NCBI GenBank assembly: GCA_002269645.1
Contig: NIVC01000606.1
Location: 248,001 to 312,000 of the forward strand
Reading direction: 5' to 3'
Source of the DNA: Macrostomum lignano
Taxonomy: Eukaryota
DNA length: 64,000 nucleotides
The first letter of the stretch is position 1. Each line of letters opens with the position of its first letter. This document shows, piece by piece, positions 46,161 through 59,303 of the stretch. Below the pieces are notes generated by a model. The model did no database searches and had not been told where the DNA came from. It saw only the letters and a program-made list of their open reading frames with translations. Made by a program: the position numbers and the translations under genes.

Positions 46161-47342
46161 CGTGCCAGTCCAGTCAGTTGTGGGTCTGTGCCAGTCCAGT
46201 CAGTTGTGGGTCTGTGCCAGTCCAGTCAGTTGTGGGTCTGTGCCAGTCCAGTCAGTTGTGGGTCTGTGCCAGTCCAGTCAGTTGTGGGTCTGTGCCAGTC
46301 CAGTCAGTTGTGGGTCTGTGCCAGTCCAGTCAGTTGTGGGTCTGTGCCAGTCCAGTCAGTTGTGGGTCTGTGCCAGTCCAGTCAGTTGTGGGTCTGTGCC
46401 AGTCCAGTCAGTTGTGGGTCTGTGCCAGTCCAGTCAGTTGTGGGTCTGTGCCAGTCCAGTCAGTTATGGGTCTGTGCCAGTCCAGTCAGTTGTGGGTCTG
46501 TGCCAGTCCAGTCAGTTGTGGGTCTGTGCCAGTCCAGTCAGTTGTGGGTCTGTGCCAGTCCAGTCAGTTGTGGGTCTGTGCCAGTCCAGTCAGTTGTGGG
46601 TCTGTGCCAGTCCAGTCAGTTGTGGGTCTGTGCCAGTCCAGTCAGTTGTGGGTCTGTGCCAGTCCAGTCAGTTGTGGGTCTGTGCCAGTCCAGTCAGTTG
46701 TGGGTCTGTGCCAGTCCAGTCAGTTGTGGGTCTGTGCCAGTCCAGTCAGTTGTGGGTCCGTGCCAGTCCAGTCAGTTGTGGGTCCGTGCCAGTCCAGTCA
46801 GTTGTGGGTCTGTGCCAGTCCAGTCAGTTGTGGGTCTGTGCCAGTCCAGTCAGTTGTGGGTCTGTGCCAGTCCAGTCAGTTGTGGGTCTGTGCCAGTCCA
46901 GTCAGTTGTGGGTCTGTGCCAGTCCAGTCAGTTGTGGGTCTGTGCCAGTCCAGTCAGTTATGGGTCTGTGCCAGTCCAGTCAGTTGTGGGTCTGTGCCAG
47001 TCCAGTCAGTTGTGGGTCTGTGCCAGTCCAGTCAGTTGTGGGTCTGTGCCAGTCCAGTCAGTTGTGGGTCTGTGCCAGTCCAGTCAGTTGTGGGTCTGTG
47101 CCAGTCCAGTCAGTTGTGGGTCTGTGCCAGTCCAGTCAGTTGTGGGTCTGTGCCAGTCCAGTCAGTTGTGGGTCTGTGCCAGTCCAGTCACTTGTGGATC
47201 TGTGCCAGTCCAGTCAGTGTGGGTCTGTGCCAGTCCAGTCAGTTGTAAGTCTGTGCCAGTCCAGTCAGTTGTAGGTCTGTGCCAGTCCAGTCAGTGGGGG
47301 TCTGTGCCAGTCCAGTCAGTGGGGGTCTGTGCCAGTCCAGTC
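46161..47342. repeat. Highly homogeneous 26-bp minisatellite, intergenic
   Basis: GTGCCAGTCCAGTCAGTTGTGGGTCT, about 45 copies. Confidence 0.97.
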
Positions 47343-48062
47343 TGGCCCTGTGGCTTTTCGTGGGATTTAGTGCCTCCACAACAGCCAGCTCCCAAAACAA
47401 ACAGAGAGTGCACATGCCTGTCGATTAAAAGTCAGGGCTGCTGTGCACCCTGTGTGCGCGGGTTCGGGCTCAGGGTTGGCGGAAGGGGCAACCAGCCAGC
47501 CAGCCCACCATCAAATCCGCACTCACCATGGCTACACACAGGTGGAGCAGCTCACAGAGCGCAGTTTAAACAGAAAAAGCAAAACAGAAACGCTCAGAAT
47601 TGTCTCCAAAGCCATGCCTGAATTGTTTTTCGAGTGCTCTAGCTAGCAGCGTGTTGCTTTTTGAGGCAATTTGCCTGCATGCTCAACCCTTCTGAAGGCG
47701 GCAGAAACATTTTCAATAATGAATTTCTCGCGAGAGATTGGCAGGTGCTGCGCGACGTGATTTTTTTTTTGTTTCGTTTTCCCAACCAGCCATCCACGCT
47801 TCAATTGAGCTGGGAATAAATAGCCTCGTTTCCCCCATTGTCTTCGCCTGATTGTTGATCATTCCCATTGTTCCGCTCCTGCAGTCGCTTATGGGCTGGC
47901 ATTACGGGGGGGGGCAATTGTCATTGGCTGAGAGGCGGAGTGCTCGATTCTGTCCTCTCCTTGCTTTTTTGTAGAGAGGAAATTTCTATATTTGCAACCT
48001 ATAGAGATCTATCAGTTAGCTTGATTCCTAGAGCTGGGAGAGGAAAATCGAAGTCGCCAAAT

Positions 48063-48278
48063 CAGAAGCAGCAAAAGCAGAAGCAGCCAAAGCAGAAGCA
48101 GCAAAAGCAGAAGCAGCCAAAGCAGAAGCAGCAAAAGCAGAAGCAGCAAAAGCAGAAGCAGCAAAAGCAGAAGCAGCAAAAGCAGAAGCAGCAAAAGCAG
48201 AAGCAGCAAAAGCAAAAGCAGAAGCAGCAAAAGCAAAAGCAGCAAAAGCAAAAGCAGCTAAAGCAGAAGCAGCTAAAG
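48063..48278. repeat. 15-bp AAGCAGCAAAAGCAG array, 5' of the Shisa-like gene
   Basis: Direct inspection. Confidence 0.9.
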
Positions 48279-48330
48279 TAGCAACAAAAAGGTAGCAACA
48301 GCGAAAGCGAAACATTTTTCGTCTTAAAAA

Positions 48331-51300
48331 ATGCCTCAAAGACAGCAAAGTCAGGTGTTTCTAGCTGTCGTTGTTATCATCGGCCTTCGGCTAATTCAAT
48401 CGGCCGCGGGCACTACCAGCTCCGGGACTCTGTGCTACAAGGACAACAACCCCAGCAACCCGGACCCCTACAACAAATACACGTGCGAGGACAGCGCCAA
48501 GCCAAACTGCTGCCAGGAAGGCGACCTCAGCACCTGCTGCGACTATGACCCGACTCAGCGGACCATGTGAGCGGCTCTGAGAGATCGAGTTTGCGGCTGG
48601 ATCTTACACCAGATTCTCCCTGACACCCGACTCTCCCTGACACCAGATTCTCCTCTGACACCAGATTCTCCCTGACACCCGATTCTCCCTGACACCCGAT
48701 TCTCCCTGACACCCGATTCTCCCTGACACCAGATTCTCCTCTGACACCAGATTCTCCTCTGACACCCGATTCTCCCTAACACCCGATTCTCCCTGACACC
48801 AGATTCTCCCTGACACCCGATTCCCCTGACACCCAATTCTCCCTGACACTCGATTCGCCCTGACACACGATTCTCCCTGACACCAGATTCTTTTCTGACA
48901 CCCGATTCTCCCTGACACCCGATTCTCTCTGACACCCGATTCTCCCTGACACCCGATTCTCCCTGACACCCGATTCTCCCTGACACCAGATTCTTTTCTG
49001 ACACCCGATTCTCCCTGACACCCGATTCTCCCTGACACTCGATTCGCCCTGACACCCGATTCTCCCTGACACCCGATTCTCCCTGACACCAGATTCTTTT
49101 CTGACACCCGATTCTCCCTGACACCCGATTCTCCCTGACACCAGATTCTCCTCTGACACCCGATTCTCTCTGACACCCGATTCTCCCTGACACTCGATTC
49201 TCCCTGACACCCAATTCCCCTGACACCCGATTCCCATGACACCCAATTCTCCCTGACACCCGATTCTCCCTGACACCCAATTCCCCTGACACCCAATTCC
49301 CCTGACACCCAATTCCCCTGACACCCAATTCCCCTGACACCCAATTCCCCTGACACCCAATTCCCCTGACACCCAATTCCCCTGACACCCAATTCCCCTG
49401 ACACCCAATTCCCCTGACACCCAATTCCCCTGACACCCAATTCCCCTGACACCCAATTCCCCTGACACCCAATTCCCCTGACACCCAATTCCCCTGACAC
49501 CCAATTCCCCTGACACCCAATTCCCCTGACACCCAATTCCCCTGACACCCAATTCCCCTGACACCCAATTCCCCTGACACCCAATTCCCCTGACACCCAA
49601 TTCCCCTGACACTCAATTCCCCTGACACCCTGACAGGCCTGAAAGTGCAGACTCCTTGCTTCGCAGTCGCCTGTCTGACAATTGGTCTCATTTAGCCTAT
49701 CAATTAGCCCTCTGAGCACTCAACCTGTCCCCTGGTTCCCTCTCTCCGTTTTCCGAGGCAGACTGTCAACTGACCGAAAAGGATTTTCTTACTCTCTGAG
49801 CCGGCAGGAACACAAATAACAAATAGCAAAGCAGCAAAAAGTAAAACACTTGAAGAAGCAGAAAAGGAAGCTTTGCGTGCACCCCAGCTGTTCGTAGCAA
49901 ATATACAGCTGGTAGTCCGCCAGAGACAAACATTAAATCTAGAAAGTGGAACTCTCCCTCTTTCAAATGTTTTTTCCTCTGGAGGAGAGGGGTCGTTGCG
50001 AAGAACTGTATGGAATGATAAGTCAAGTCTGGTTGCCCTAGTTCCGAGCCAGATAGAGAGGCTAAGCAGGATTCTAGGGGGGAGGGGGGGTGAGGGGATG
50101 AGAAAAATTATCCCGATGGCACGCAGCTCTGTCTAATTTTGCTTATTTACGCTCGTAGTTACGCCAATTCCGCTGAGTTTTTTAGTCTATCGGCTCAGAA
50201 ATCATGACCAGCAAGGTTTTTCGCCGCATTTGATCTCCATGATTCTCAACATGCACTTCTCAGCTGTCAGCTCTCTTGGAATGTAGAGCTCACGGCCTTT
50301 GGATGGGGAGTATAAAGAGGAGGGGGAATCTAGAGAGGAGGGGGACTCTAGAGAGGATGGGGAATCTAGAGAGGAGGGGGACTCTAGAGAGGAGGGGGAC
50401 TCTAGAGAGGAGGGGGAATCTAGAGAGGAGGGGGACTCCAGAGAGGATGGGGACTCTAGAGAGGATGGGGACTCCAGAGAGGATGGGGACTCTAGAGAGG
50501 AGGGGGACTCCAGAGAGGATGGGGACTCTAGAGAGGAGGGGACTCTAGAGAGGATGGGGACTCTAGAGAGGAGGGGGAATCTAGAGAGAATGGGTAATCG
50601 AATCAAGAGAGGATGGGGACTCTAGAGAGGATGGGGACTCTAGAGAGGATATGGACTCTGGAGAGGATGGGGACTCTAGAGAGGATGGGGACTCTAGAGA
50701 GGATGGGAACTCTAGAGAGGATGGGGACTCTAGAGAGGATGGGGACTCTAGAGAGGAGGGGGACTCCAGAGAGGATGGGGACTCTAGAGAGGAGGGGGAC
50801 TCTAGAGAGGAGGGGGAATCTAGAGAGAATGGGTAATCGAATCTAGAGAGGATGGGGACTCTAGAGAGGATGGGGACTCTAGAGAGGATGGGGACTCTAG
50901 AGAGGAGGGGGACTCCAGAGAGGATGGGGACTCTAGAGAGGAGGGGGACTCTAGAGAGGATGGGGACTCTAGAGAGGAGGGGGAATCTAGAGAGAATGGG
51001 TAATCGAATCTAGAGAGGATGGGGACTCTAGAGAGGATGGGGACTCTAGAGAGGATGGGGACTCCAGAGAGGATGGGGACTCTAGAGAGGATGGGGACTC
51101 TAGAGAGGATGGGGACTCTAGAGAGGAGGGGGACTCCAGAGAGGATGGGGACTCTAGAGAGGAGGGGGAATCTAGGGGGGATGGAGAATCTAGAGAGGAT
51201 GGGGAATCTAGAGAGAATGGGTAATCTAGAGAGAATGGGTAATCGAATGTAGAGAGGATGCGAACTTAGAGCGGGGGTGGACTCTAGAGAGGAGGGGGAA

Positions 51301-54300
51301 TCTAGAGAGGATGGGGAATCTAGAGAGGAGGGGGAATCTAGAGAGGATGGGGAATCTAAAGAGGAGGGGGAATCTAGAAAGAATGGGTAATCGAATCTAG
51401 AGAGGATGGGGAATCTAGAGAGAATGGGTAATCGAATCTAGAGAGGAGGGGGACTCTAGAGAGGAGGGGGAATCTAGAGAGGATGGGGAATCGAATGTAG
51501 AGAGGATGCGAACTTGAGAGCGGAGGGGACTCTAGAGAGGAGGGGGAATCTAGAGAGGATTGGGAATCTAAAGAGGAGGGGGAATCTAGAAAGAATGGGT
51601 AATCGAATCTAGAGAGGATGGGGAATCTAGAGAGAATGGGTAATCGAATCTAGAGAGGATGGGGACTCTAGAGAGGAGGGGGAATCTAGAGAGGATGGAG
51701 AATCTAGAGAGGATGGAGAATCTAGAGAGGAGGGGGAATCTAGAGAGATAGGGAATCTAGAGAGAATTGGTAATCGAATCTAGAGAGGATGGGGAATCTA
51801 GAGAGAATTGGTAATCGAATCTAGAGAGGATGGGGACTCCAGAGAGGATGGGGACTCTAGAGAGGATGGGGACTCTAGAGAGGATGGGGACTCTAGAGAG
51901 GATGGGGACTCTAGAGAGGAGGGGGACTCCAGAGAGGATGGGAACTCTAGAGAGGAGGGGGACTCTAGAGAGGAGGGGGAATCTAAGGGGGATGGAGAAT
52001 CTAGAGAGGATGGGGAATCTAGAGAGAATGGGTAATCTAGAGAGAATGGGTAATCGAATGTAGAGAGGATGCGAACTTTAGAGCGGGGGTGGACTCTAGA
52101 GAGGAGGGGGAATCTAGAGAGGATGGGGAATCTAGAGAGGAGGGGGAATCTAGAGAGGATGGGGAATCTAGAGAGGAGGGGGAATCTAGAGAGGATGGGG
52201 AATCTAAAGAGGAGGGGGAATCTAGAAAGAATGGGTAATCGAATCTAGAGAGGATGGGGAATCTAGAGAGAATGGGTAATCGAATCTAGAGAGGAGGGGG
52301 ACTCTAGAGAGGAGGGGGAATCTAAAGAGGAGGGGGAATCTAGAAAGAATGGGTAATCGAATCTAGAGAGGATGGGGAATCTAGAGAGAATGGGTAATCG
52401 AATCTAGAGAGGAGGGGGACTCTAGAGAGGAGGGGGACTCTAGAGAGGAGGGGGAATCTAGGGGGGATGGAGAGTCTAGAGAGGATGGGGAATCGAATGT
52501 AGAGAGGATGCGAACTTGAGAGCGGAGGGGACTCTAGAGAGGAGAGGGAATTTAGAGATTATGGGGAATCTAAAGAGGAGGGGGAATCTAGAAAGAATGG
52601 GTAATCGAATCTAGAGAGGATGGGGAATCTAGAGAGAATGGGTAATCGAATCTAGAGAGGAGGGGGACTCTAGAGAGGAGGGGGAATCTAGAGAGGATGG
52701 GGAATCGAATGTAGAGAGGATGCGAACTTGAGAGCGGAGGGGACTCTAGAGAGGAGGGGGAATCTAGAGAGGATTGGGAATCTAAAGAGGAGGGGGAATC
52801 TAGAAAGAATGGGTAATCGAATCTAGAGAGGATGGGGAATCTAGAGAGAATGGGTAATCGAATCTAGAGAGGTGGGGGACTCTAGAGAGGAGGGGGAATC
52901 TAGAGAGGATGGAGAATCTAGAGAGGAGGGGGAATCTAGAGAGATAGGGAATCTAGAGAGAATTGGTAATCGAATCTAGAGAGGATGGGGAATCTAGAGA
53001 GAATGGGTAATCGAATCTAGAGAGGATGGGGAATCTAGAGAGGAGAGTGAATCTAGAGAGGATGGGGACTCTAGGGAGGAGGTGGACTCTAGAGAGGAGG
53101 GGGACTCTAGAGAGGATGGGGAATCTAGAGAGGATGGGGAATCTAAAGAGGAGGGGGAATCTAGAGAGGATGGGGAATCTAGAGAGAATGGGGAATCTAG
53201 AGAGGAGGGGGAATCTAGAGAGGATGGGGACTCTAGGGAGGAGGGGGACTCTAGAGAGGAGGGGGACTCTAGAGAGGATGGGGAATCTAGAGAGGATGGG
53301 GAATCTAAAGAGGAGGGGGAATCTAGAGAGGATGGGGAATCTAGAGAGGATCTTAGAGGATGGGGAGTCTAAAGAGGAGATTCCCCCTGACACCCGATTC
53401 CCCCTGACATCTGATTCCCCCTGACACCCAATTCCCCCTGACGCCCGATTCTCCCTGACACTCTGACACCTGACACCCGATTCTCCCTGACACTCGATTT
53501 CCCCTGACACCCGATTCTCCCTGACACTCGATTCCCCCTGACACTCGATTCTCCCTGACACCCGATTCTCCCTGACACTCGATTCCCCCTGACACCCGAT
53601 TCCCCTGACACCCAATTCTCCCTGACACTCGATTCCCCTGACACTCGATTTTCCCTGACACCCGATTCCCCCTGACACTCGATTTTCCCTGACACCCGAT
53701 TCTCCCTGACACCCGATTTTCCCTGACACCCGATTTTCCCTGACACCCGATTTTCCCTGACACCCGATTTCCCCTGACACCCGATTCTCCCTGACACTCG
53801 ATTCCCCCTGACACCCAATTCCCCTTCTTGAAGAATGAGGGTCAGAGAGAGTGGGTGAGCAAGAGTAGGGGCGGAGGCTTCACGCAGATTTTTACCTGCC
53901 ACTTCAAATCACAGATTTCACTTCGAGACCTGCCCCGCTAGTCAGTCGTGAACAAAAAAAACTGACAGCCCTGACATTAAACAGACAAAAGCCACGGCAA
54001 ATTCGCAATGATGCTATTTTATACAAAGGGGAAGGGGTAAACAGGGGGGACAGGGTTGCCAAGAGCAGCAGGCGGAGATGCAGCAGAATGGCTGAGCTGT
54101 ACAGACTCTCGCTGAAAAAAATCAAATAAATTTGAATAATTAAAAACAACAGCAGCGTCATCTGCATTCTCTTCTCACCTCATCCCGATTCCCCCAGCTC
54201 TGAGTCCACTCAAGCCCCGTCTGAGCATATGCAGGCTGTTGGGAGTGCTTATAAACTGGAGTCGAATAGAGAATTGATTTGATTATTCGGTTCGCTTGGT

Positions 54301-56593
54301 AGCTGAGAGAGCAGTGTCAGCAGAGAAGCCAGGCCTATCCGGGACCTCTTCGCCTTGTCGTGCCCCTGACTTAGCAATCAGCTTTGGTCTGAGATCGTCC
54401 TGGCAGCCGGGTCACCGGTTTATTCCTTCTTAGAGACAGCTAATCTGATTTTGGAGGGAGAGAATTTAATCTGCGGATTAGAGAGGAGAACAATTGGGTG
54501 TCAAAAATTGTGTTGCTTTTTAGCGTCATTTTCTAGAAATATGATACGAAAATAATTGAGCAGTTCGTGTCATTGGGAACTGATCCCAGTTGGTAGAACT
54601 GCTGGTGGGGTAGCAGCGACAGCTCAGGGAGTTACCGGTTGGGAGCTCAGGGAGTTACCGGTTGGGAGCTCAGGGAGTTACCGGTTGGGAGCTCAAGGAG
54701 TTACCGGTTGGGAGCTCAGGGAGTTACCGGTTGGGAGCTCAGGGAGTTACCAGTGGGAGCTCAGGGAGTTACCAGTGGGAGCTCAGGGAGTTACCAGTGG
54801 GAGCTCAGGGAGTTACCGTTGTAAGCTCAGGGAGTTACCGGTGTAAGCTCAGGGAGTTACCGGTGGCAGCTCAGGGAGTTACCGGTGTAAGCTCAGGGAG
54901 TTACCGGTGGCAGCTCAGGGAGTTACCGGTGTAAGCTCAGGGAGTTACCAGTGAGAGCTCAGGGAGTTACCGTTGTAATCTCAGGGAGTTACCGGTGTAA
55001 GCTCAGGGAGTTACCAGTGGGAGCTCAGGGAGTTACTGTTGTAAGCTCAGGGAGTTACCGGTGTAAGCTCAGGGAGTTACCGGTGGGAGCTCAGGGAGTT
55101 ACCGGTGGCAGCTCAGGGAGTTACCGGTGGCAGCTCAGGGAGTTACCGGTGTAAGCTCAGGGAGTTACCGGTGGGAGCTCAGGGAGTTACCGGTGGCAGC
55201 TCAGGGAGTTACCGGTGGCAGCTCAGGGAGTTACCGGTGTAAGCTCAGGGAGTTACCGGTGGGAGCTCAGGGAGTTACCGGTGGCAGCTCAGGGAGTTAC
55301 CGGTGGCAGCTCAGGGAGTTACCGGTGTAAGCTCAGGGAGTTACCGGTGGCAGCTCAGGGAGTTACCGGTGTAAGCTCAGGGAGTTACCGGTGGCAGCTC
55401 AGGGAGTTACCGGTGTAAGCTCAGGGAGTTACTGGTGTAAGCTCAGGGAGTTACCGGTGGCAGCTCAGGGAGTTACCGGGTGGGAGCTCAGGGAGTTTCC
55501 GGTGGGAGCTCAGGTCGGAACCAGGTGGTGGCCATGTGCCTCAGTCAAACCACTGCCAATCCCGCAGCCTGCAGCAGTTGGCCATCTGGGGCCTGCTGCT
55601 GGCCACAATGGCAGGCCTCATCATCATTTACCTGTGCTGCTTCCGGTCCCGGAACAGCAGCGGCACGGAGATTCACCCGCTGGACGAGCAGGAGAGAGCC
55701 GGCTGTTGCCCTTTGTAAGACAGATTTTTTTACTGGCAGACTAACGCCCTGGGGTCTACCATAGAGATGGCCTGACATTTCCCAAATACAGCTTTGCGAT
55801 TCCCCTGCAGTAGCAGCTGCAGGCATGTGGCAAGTTTCACATGTTTGATGAAGCAATGTCTAGCAGCAGTGGCAGCTCTGCAAACAGAACTGAGCTGCGT
55901 TCTGGGCGAATGGGATTAATGGCTTGAGCCAGTCAGTTTCTTGGGTTTGAATACATCTGCTAATGGGCTGAAGTTGGCGCCTCTGGTGCTGGCGCCTCTG
56001 GTGCTGGCGCCTCTGGTGCTGGCGCCTCTGGTGCTGGCGCCTCTGGTGCTGGCGCCTCTGGTGCTGGCGCCTCTGGTGCTGGCGCCTCTGGTGCTGGCGC
56101 CTCTGGTGCTGGCGCCTCTGGTGCTGGCGCCTCTGGTGCTGGCGCCTCTGGTGCTGGCGCCTCTGGTGCTGGCGCCTCTGGTGCTGGCGCCTCTGGTGCT
56201 GGCGCCTCTGGTGCTGGCGCCTCTGGTGCTGGCGCCTCTGGTGCTGGCGAACAACCCAGTCAAATAAAACGACGCTCCCTCAATACGCAACCCATCCACT
56301 GAAGAATCCCAAGCTATGACCCTCGAGTACACAACCTGTAGTCTGAATTATCACATGGCTCTGGCATCGGCGTAACAACTTGAAAGTTAATTGCTTTATT
56401 TCAAACACGGGTCAGGCATTCTTGTCGCAGGAAATTTGCATGTCAATCTACTTTAAGTAAAAGCAGAGCCAGCAAAGCAGTCGCACTGCCGCCTTCGTCC
56501 CCCTCGCTTAAACCCCCGTTCAGTTTGAAAAAGTGCGGCAAGGAGGACCAACAGGAGGAAGGCAATCGCTACCAGAAGGACGACCGGATGTGA
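48331..56593 (+). CDS. Small type-I membrane protein with a 6-Cys ectodomain (Shisa-like/WBP1/CYYR1-type), about 150 aa, 3 exons
   Basis: Exon 1 48331-48566 (signal peptide, C-x16-C-x7-CC-x7-CC; donor AT|GTGAGC). Exon 2 55568-55714 (TM helix LAIWGLLLATMAGLIIIYLCCF; donor TT|GTAAGA). Exon 3 56524-56593 (acceptor CCCCCGTTCAG; LKKCGKEDQQEEGNRYQKDDRM*). Both introns are phase 2 and join in frame (453 nt). Exon 3 is less certain than exons 1-2. Confidence 0.7.
48607..49630. repeat. 16-17-bp minisatellite (CT-type), Shisa-like intron 1
   Basis: CTGACACCCGATTCTCC grading into CTGACACCCAATTCCC. Confidence 0.95.
50305..53377. repeat. 18-bp minisatellite (GA-type) with higher-order variants, Shisa-like intron 1
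   Basis: GGGACTCTAGAGAGGATG and GGGGAATCTAGAGAGGAG units, with recurring GGGTAATCGAATCTAG and GATGCGAACTTGAGAGCGG blocks. Confidence 0.95.
53378..53825. repeat. Second CT-type CTGACACCCGATT array, Shisa-like intron 1
   Basis: Same unit family as 48607-49630. Confidence 0.95.
54620..55512. repeat. 22-bp minisatellite, Shisa-like intron 1
   Basis: GGGAGCTCAGGGAGTTACCGGT unit. Confidence 0.95.
55970..56248. repeat. Perfect 15-bp minisatellite, Shisa-like intron 2
   Basis: GCTGGCGCCTCTGGT, about 18 copies. Confidence 0.97.
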
Positions 56594-56819
56594 GGCGTGA
56601 AGGCAGCTCAAAATCGCGGCATCGAGTATTAGACTCTCGTATTTGTAGACGGCTTTGCTGTGTCCAAATAGTGCAAATTTTATGTCTGGTTTGAGTTTTC
56701 GTTGAAGAATGCGATTGGTGAGGTGGGAAATGTATGGGATCCTCTGAAATATAATTGAAGAAAGTGTGAGCCGGATCCGAGGTTTGTAACTTGTTCAGTT
56801 TGATTCCGTTTGAGTCAAT

Positions 56820-57384
56820 CCATTGTAACGTAATCCAGTTCAAGTTAATCCAGTTCGAGTTAATCCAGTTCCAGTTATTTCATTGTAAATTAATCCTGTT
56901 CAACTTAATCCTGTTCAAGTTAATCCAGTTCGAGTTAATCCAGTTCGAGTTAATCCAGTGCGAGTTAATCCAGTTCGAGTTAATCCAGTTCGAGTTAATC
57001 CATTGTAAGTTAATCCAGTTCGAGTTAATCCATTGTAAGTTAATCCTGTTCAATTTAATCCTGTTCAAGTTAATCCAGTTCAAGTTAATCCAGTTTGAGT
57101 TAATCCAGTTCGAGTTAATCCATTGTAAGTTAATCCAGTTCGAGTTAATCCATTGTAAGTTAATCCTGTTCAATTTAATCCTGTTCAAGTTAATCCAGTT
57201 CAAGTTAATCCAGTTTGAGTTAATCCAGTTCGAGTTAATCCATTGTAAGTTAATCCTGTTCGAGTTAATCCATTGTAAGTTAATCCTGTTCGAGTTAATC
57301 CATTGTAAGTTAATCCTGTTCAATTTAATCCTGTTCAAGTTAATCCGGTTCTAGTTAATCCAGTTCAAGTTAATCCAGTTCAAG
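56820..57384. repeat. 15-bp minisatellite
   Basis: GTTAATCCAGTTCGA variants. Confidence 0.95.
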
Positions 57385-58329
57385 TACATATAGTTTAAAA
57401 CTGCTCCCCAATACGTTTCGCACCTGCCTCCAATAAAATCTGCGCAGCTTGGCAGAGCTAAATGCAGTTTGCTTCTTAAGTACAAAGCAAGTTAATTGTG
57501 GCGTTTAACTCACTCTGTTAATCGGAAAGTTAAATTTATATCTATTTTTTCTTTCTCAATCAACTTGTATGTATTACTCTCACAATGTAATATTCTGCGA
57601 GCTAATCTTATAACTACTGTTTTATAATACGTAGCTGTTTTGGTCCGGTATTTACATGTACATGTCACAAAAATATGTACACTTTCTAGTAGTAATTTAC
57701 GTCTTTTGTTACAATATTATCAACTCGTTCCGTTCCTTCAATTCCAAGACTTAATTTGCACGACATTTTTGAGTTTTAAATTTGAGTTTTAAAAAAAACT
57801 TAATTACGTATTCTTCAAGTCTGCAACAGCATACATGAAGACGTTGCAAATACTCTGCACTCTCCTGTTTTCGTAATATTTTTTAAACAGAATTATAACC
57901 ATAATTATTGCAGCTGAAACTGGCCCTGTACTTCTGGCTAATTCAATAACAGTGGGCTAAACATTCATTCCGTTTGATCTCGCCCTTGATTGGTTGAACT
58001 GTTAAGCCAATCAGCAGTAGCCTCAGCCGATTTGCTAGCCCAGTTTTAATTGGTTAAAAACTCTCAACCAATTAGAAATGAGTATGCATACACGAACTTT
58101 CTGCGTGGCACTGTTCTAATTGTTAACAGAAATTTTTTAAACTTAACGATTGGACGTTGGAAAGTCCGCTGTATTTTTACTTGTATTTTAATTGCTGATT
58201 CTGTTGCCATGTTTCACTATCAGACTATATGTTGCATAGCGTTACATATGCAACTTAACTACTTCTTCAGAAATATACTATAGTAACTGTGATACTTTAG
58301 CAGGCGCTTTTTTGTCTAAGTAGTGTAGA

Positions 58330-59303
<974 letters not shown>

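Noticed and set aside
46131-47621. 496, 370 and 356-aa Cys/Ser/Val-rich ORFs
   Set aside because: All three frames of a stop-free 26-bp array, with no non-repetitive coding context.
47868-48281. QKQQK-repeat ORF
   Set aside because: Starts at TTG, is mostly a 15-bp array, stops before the Shisa-like ATG and is out of frame with it.
48565-48570. Stop codons overlapping splice donors (ATG TGA, TTG TAA, AAG TAA and others) as a regulatory design
   Set aside because: Any phase-2 intron starting GTAA or GTGA creates an in-frame stop, so this is trivial.
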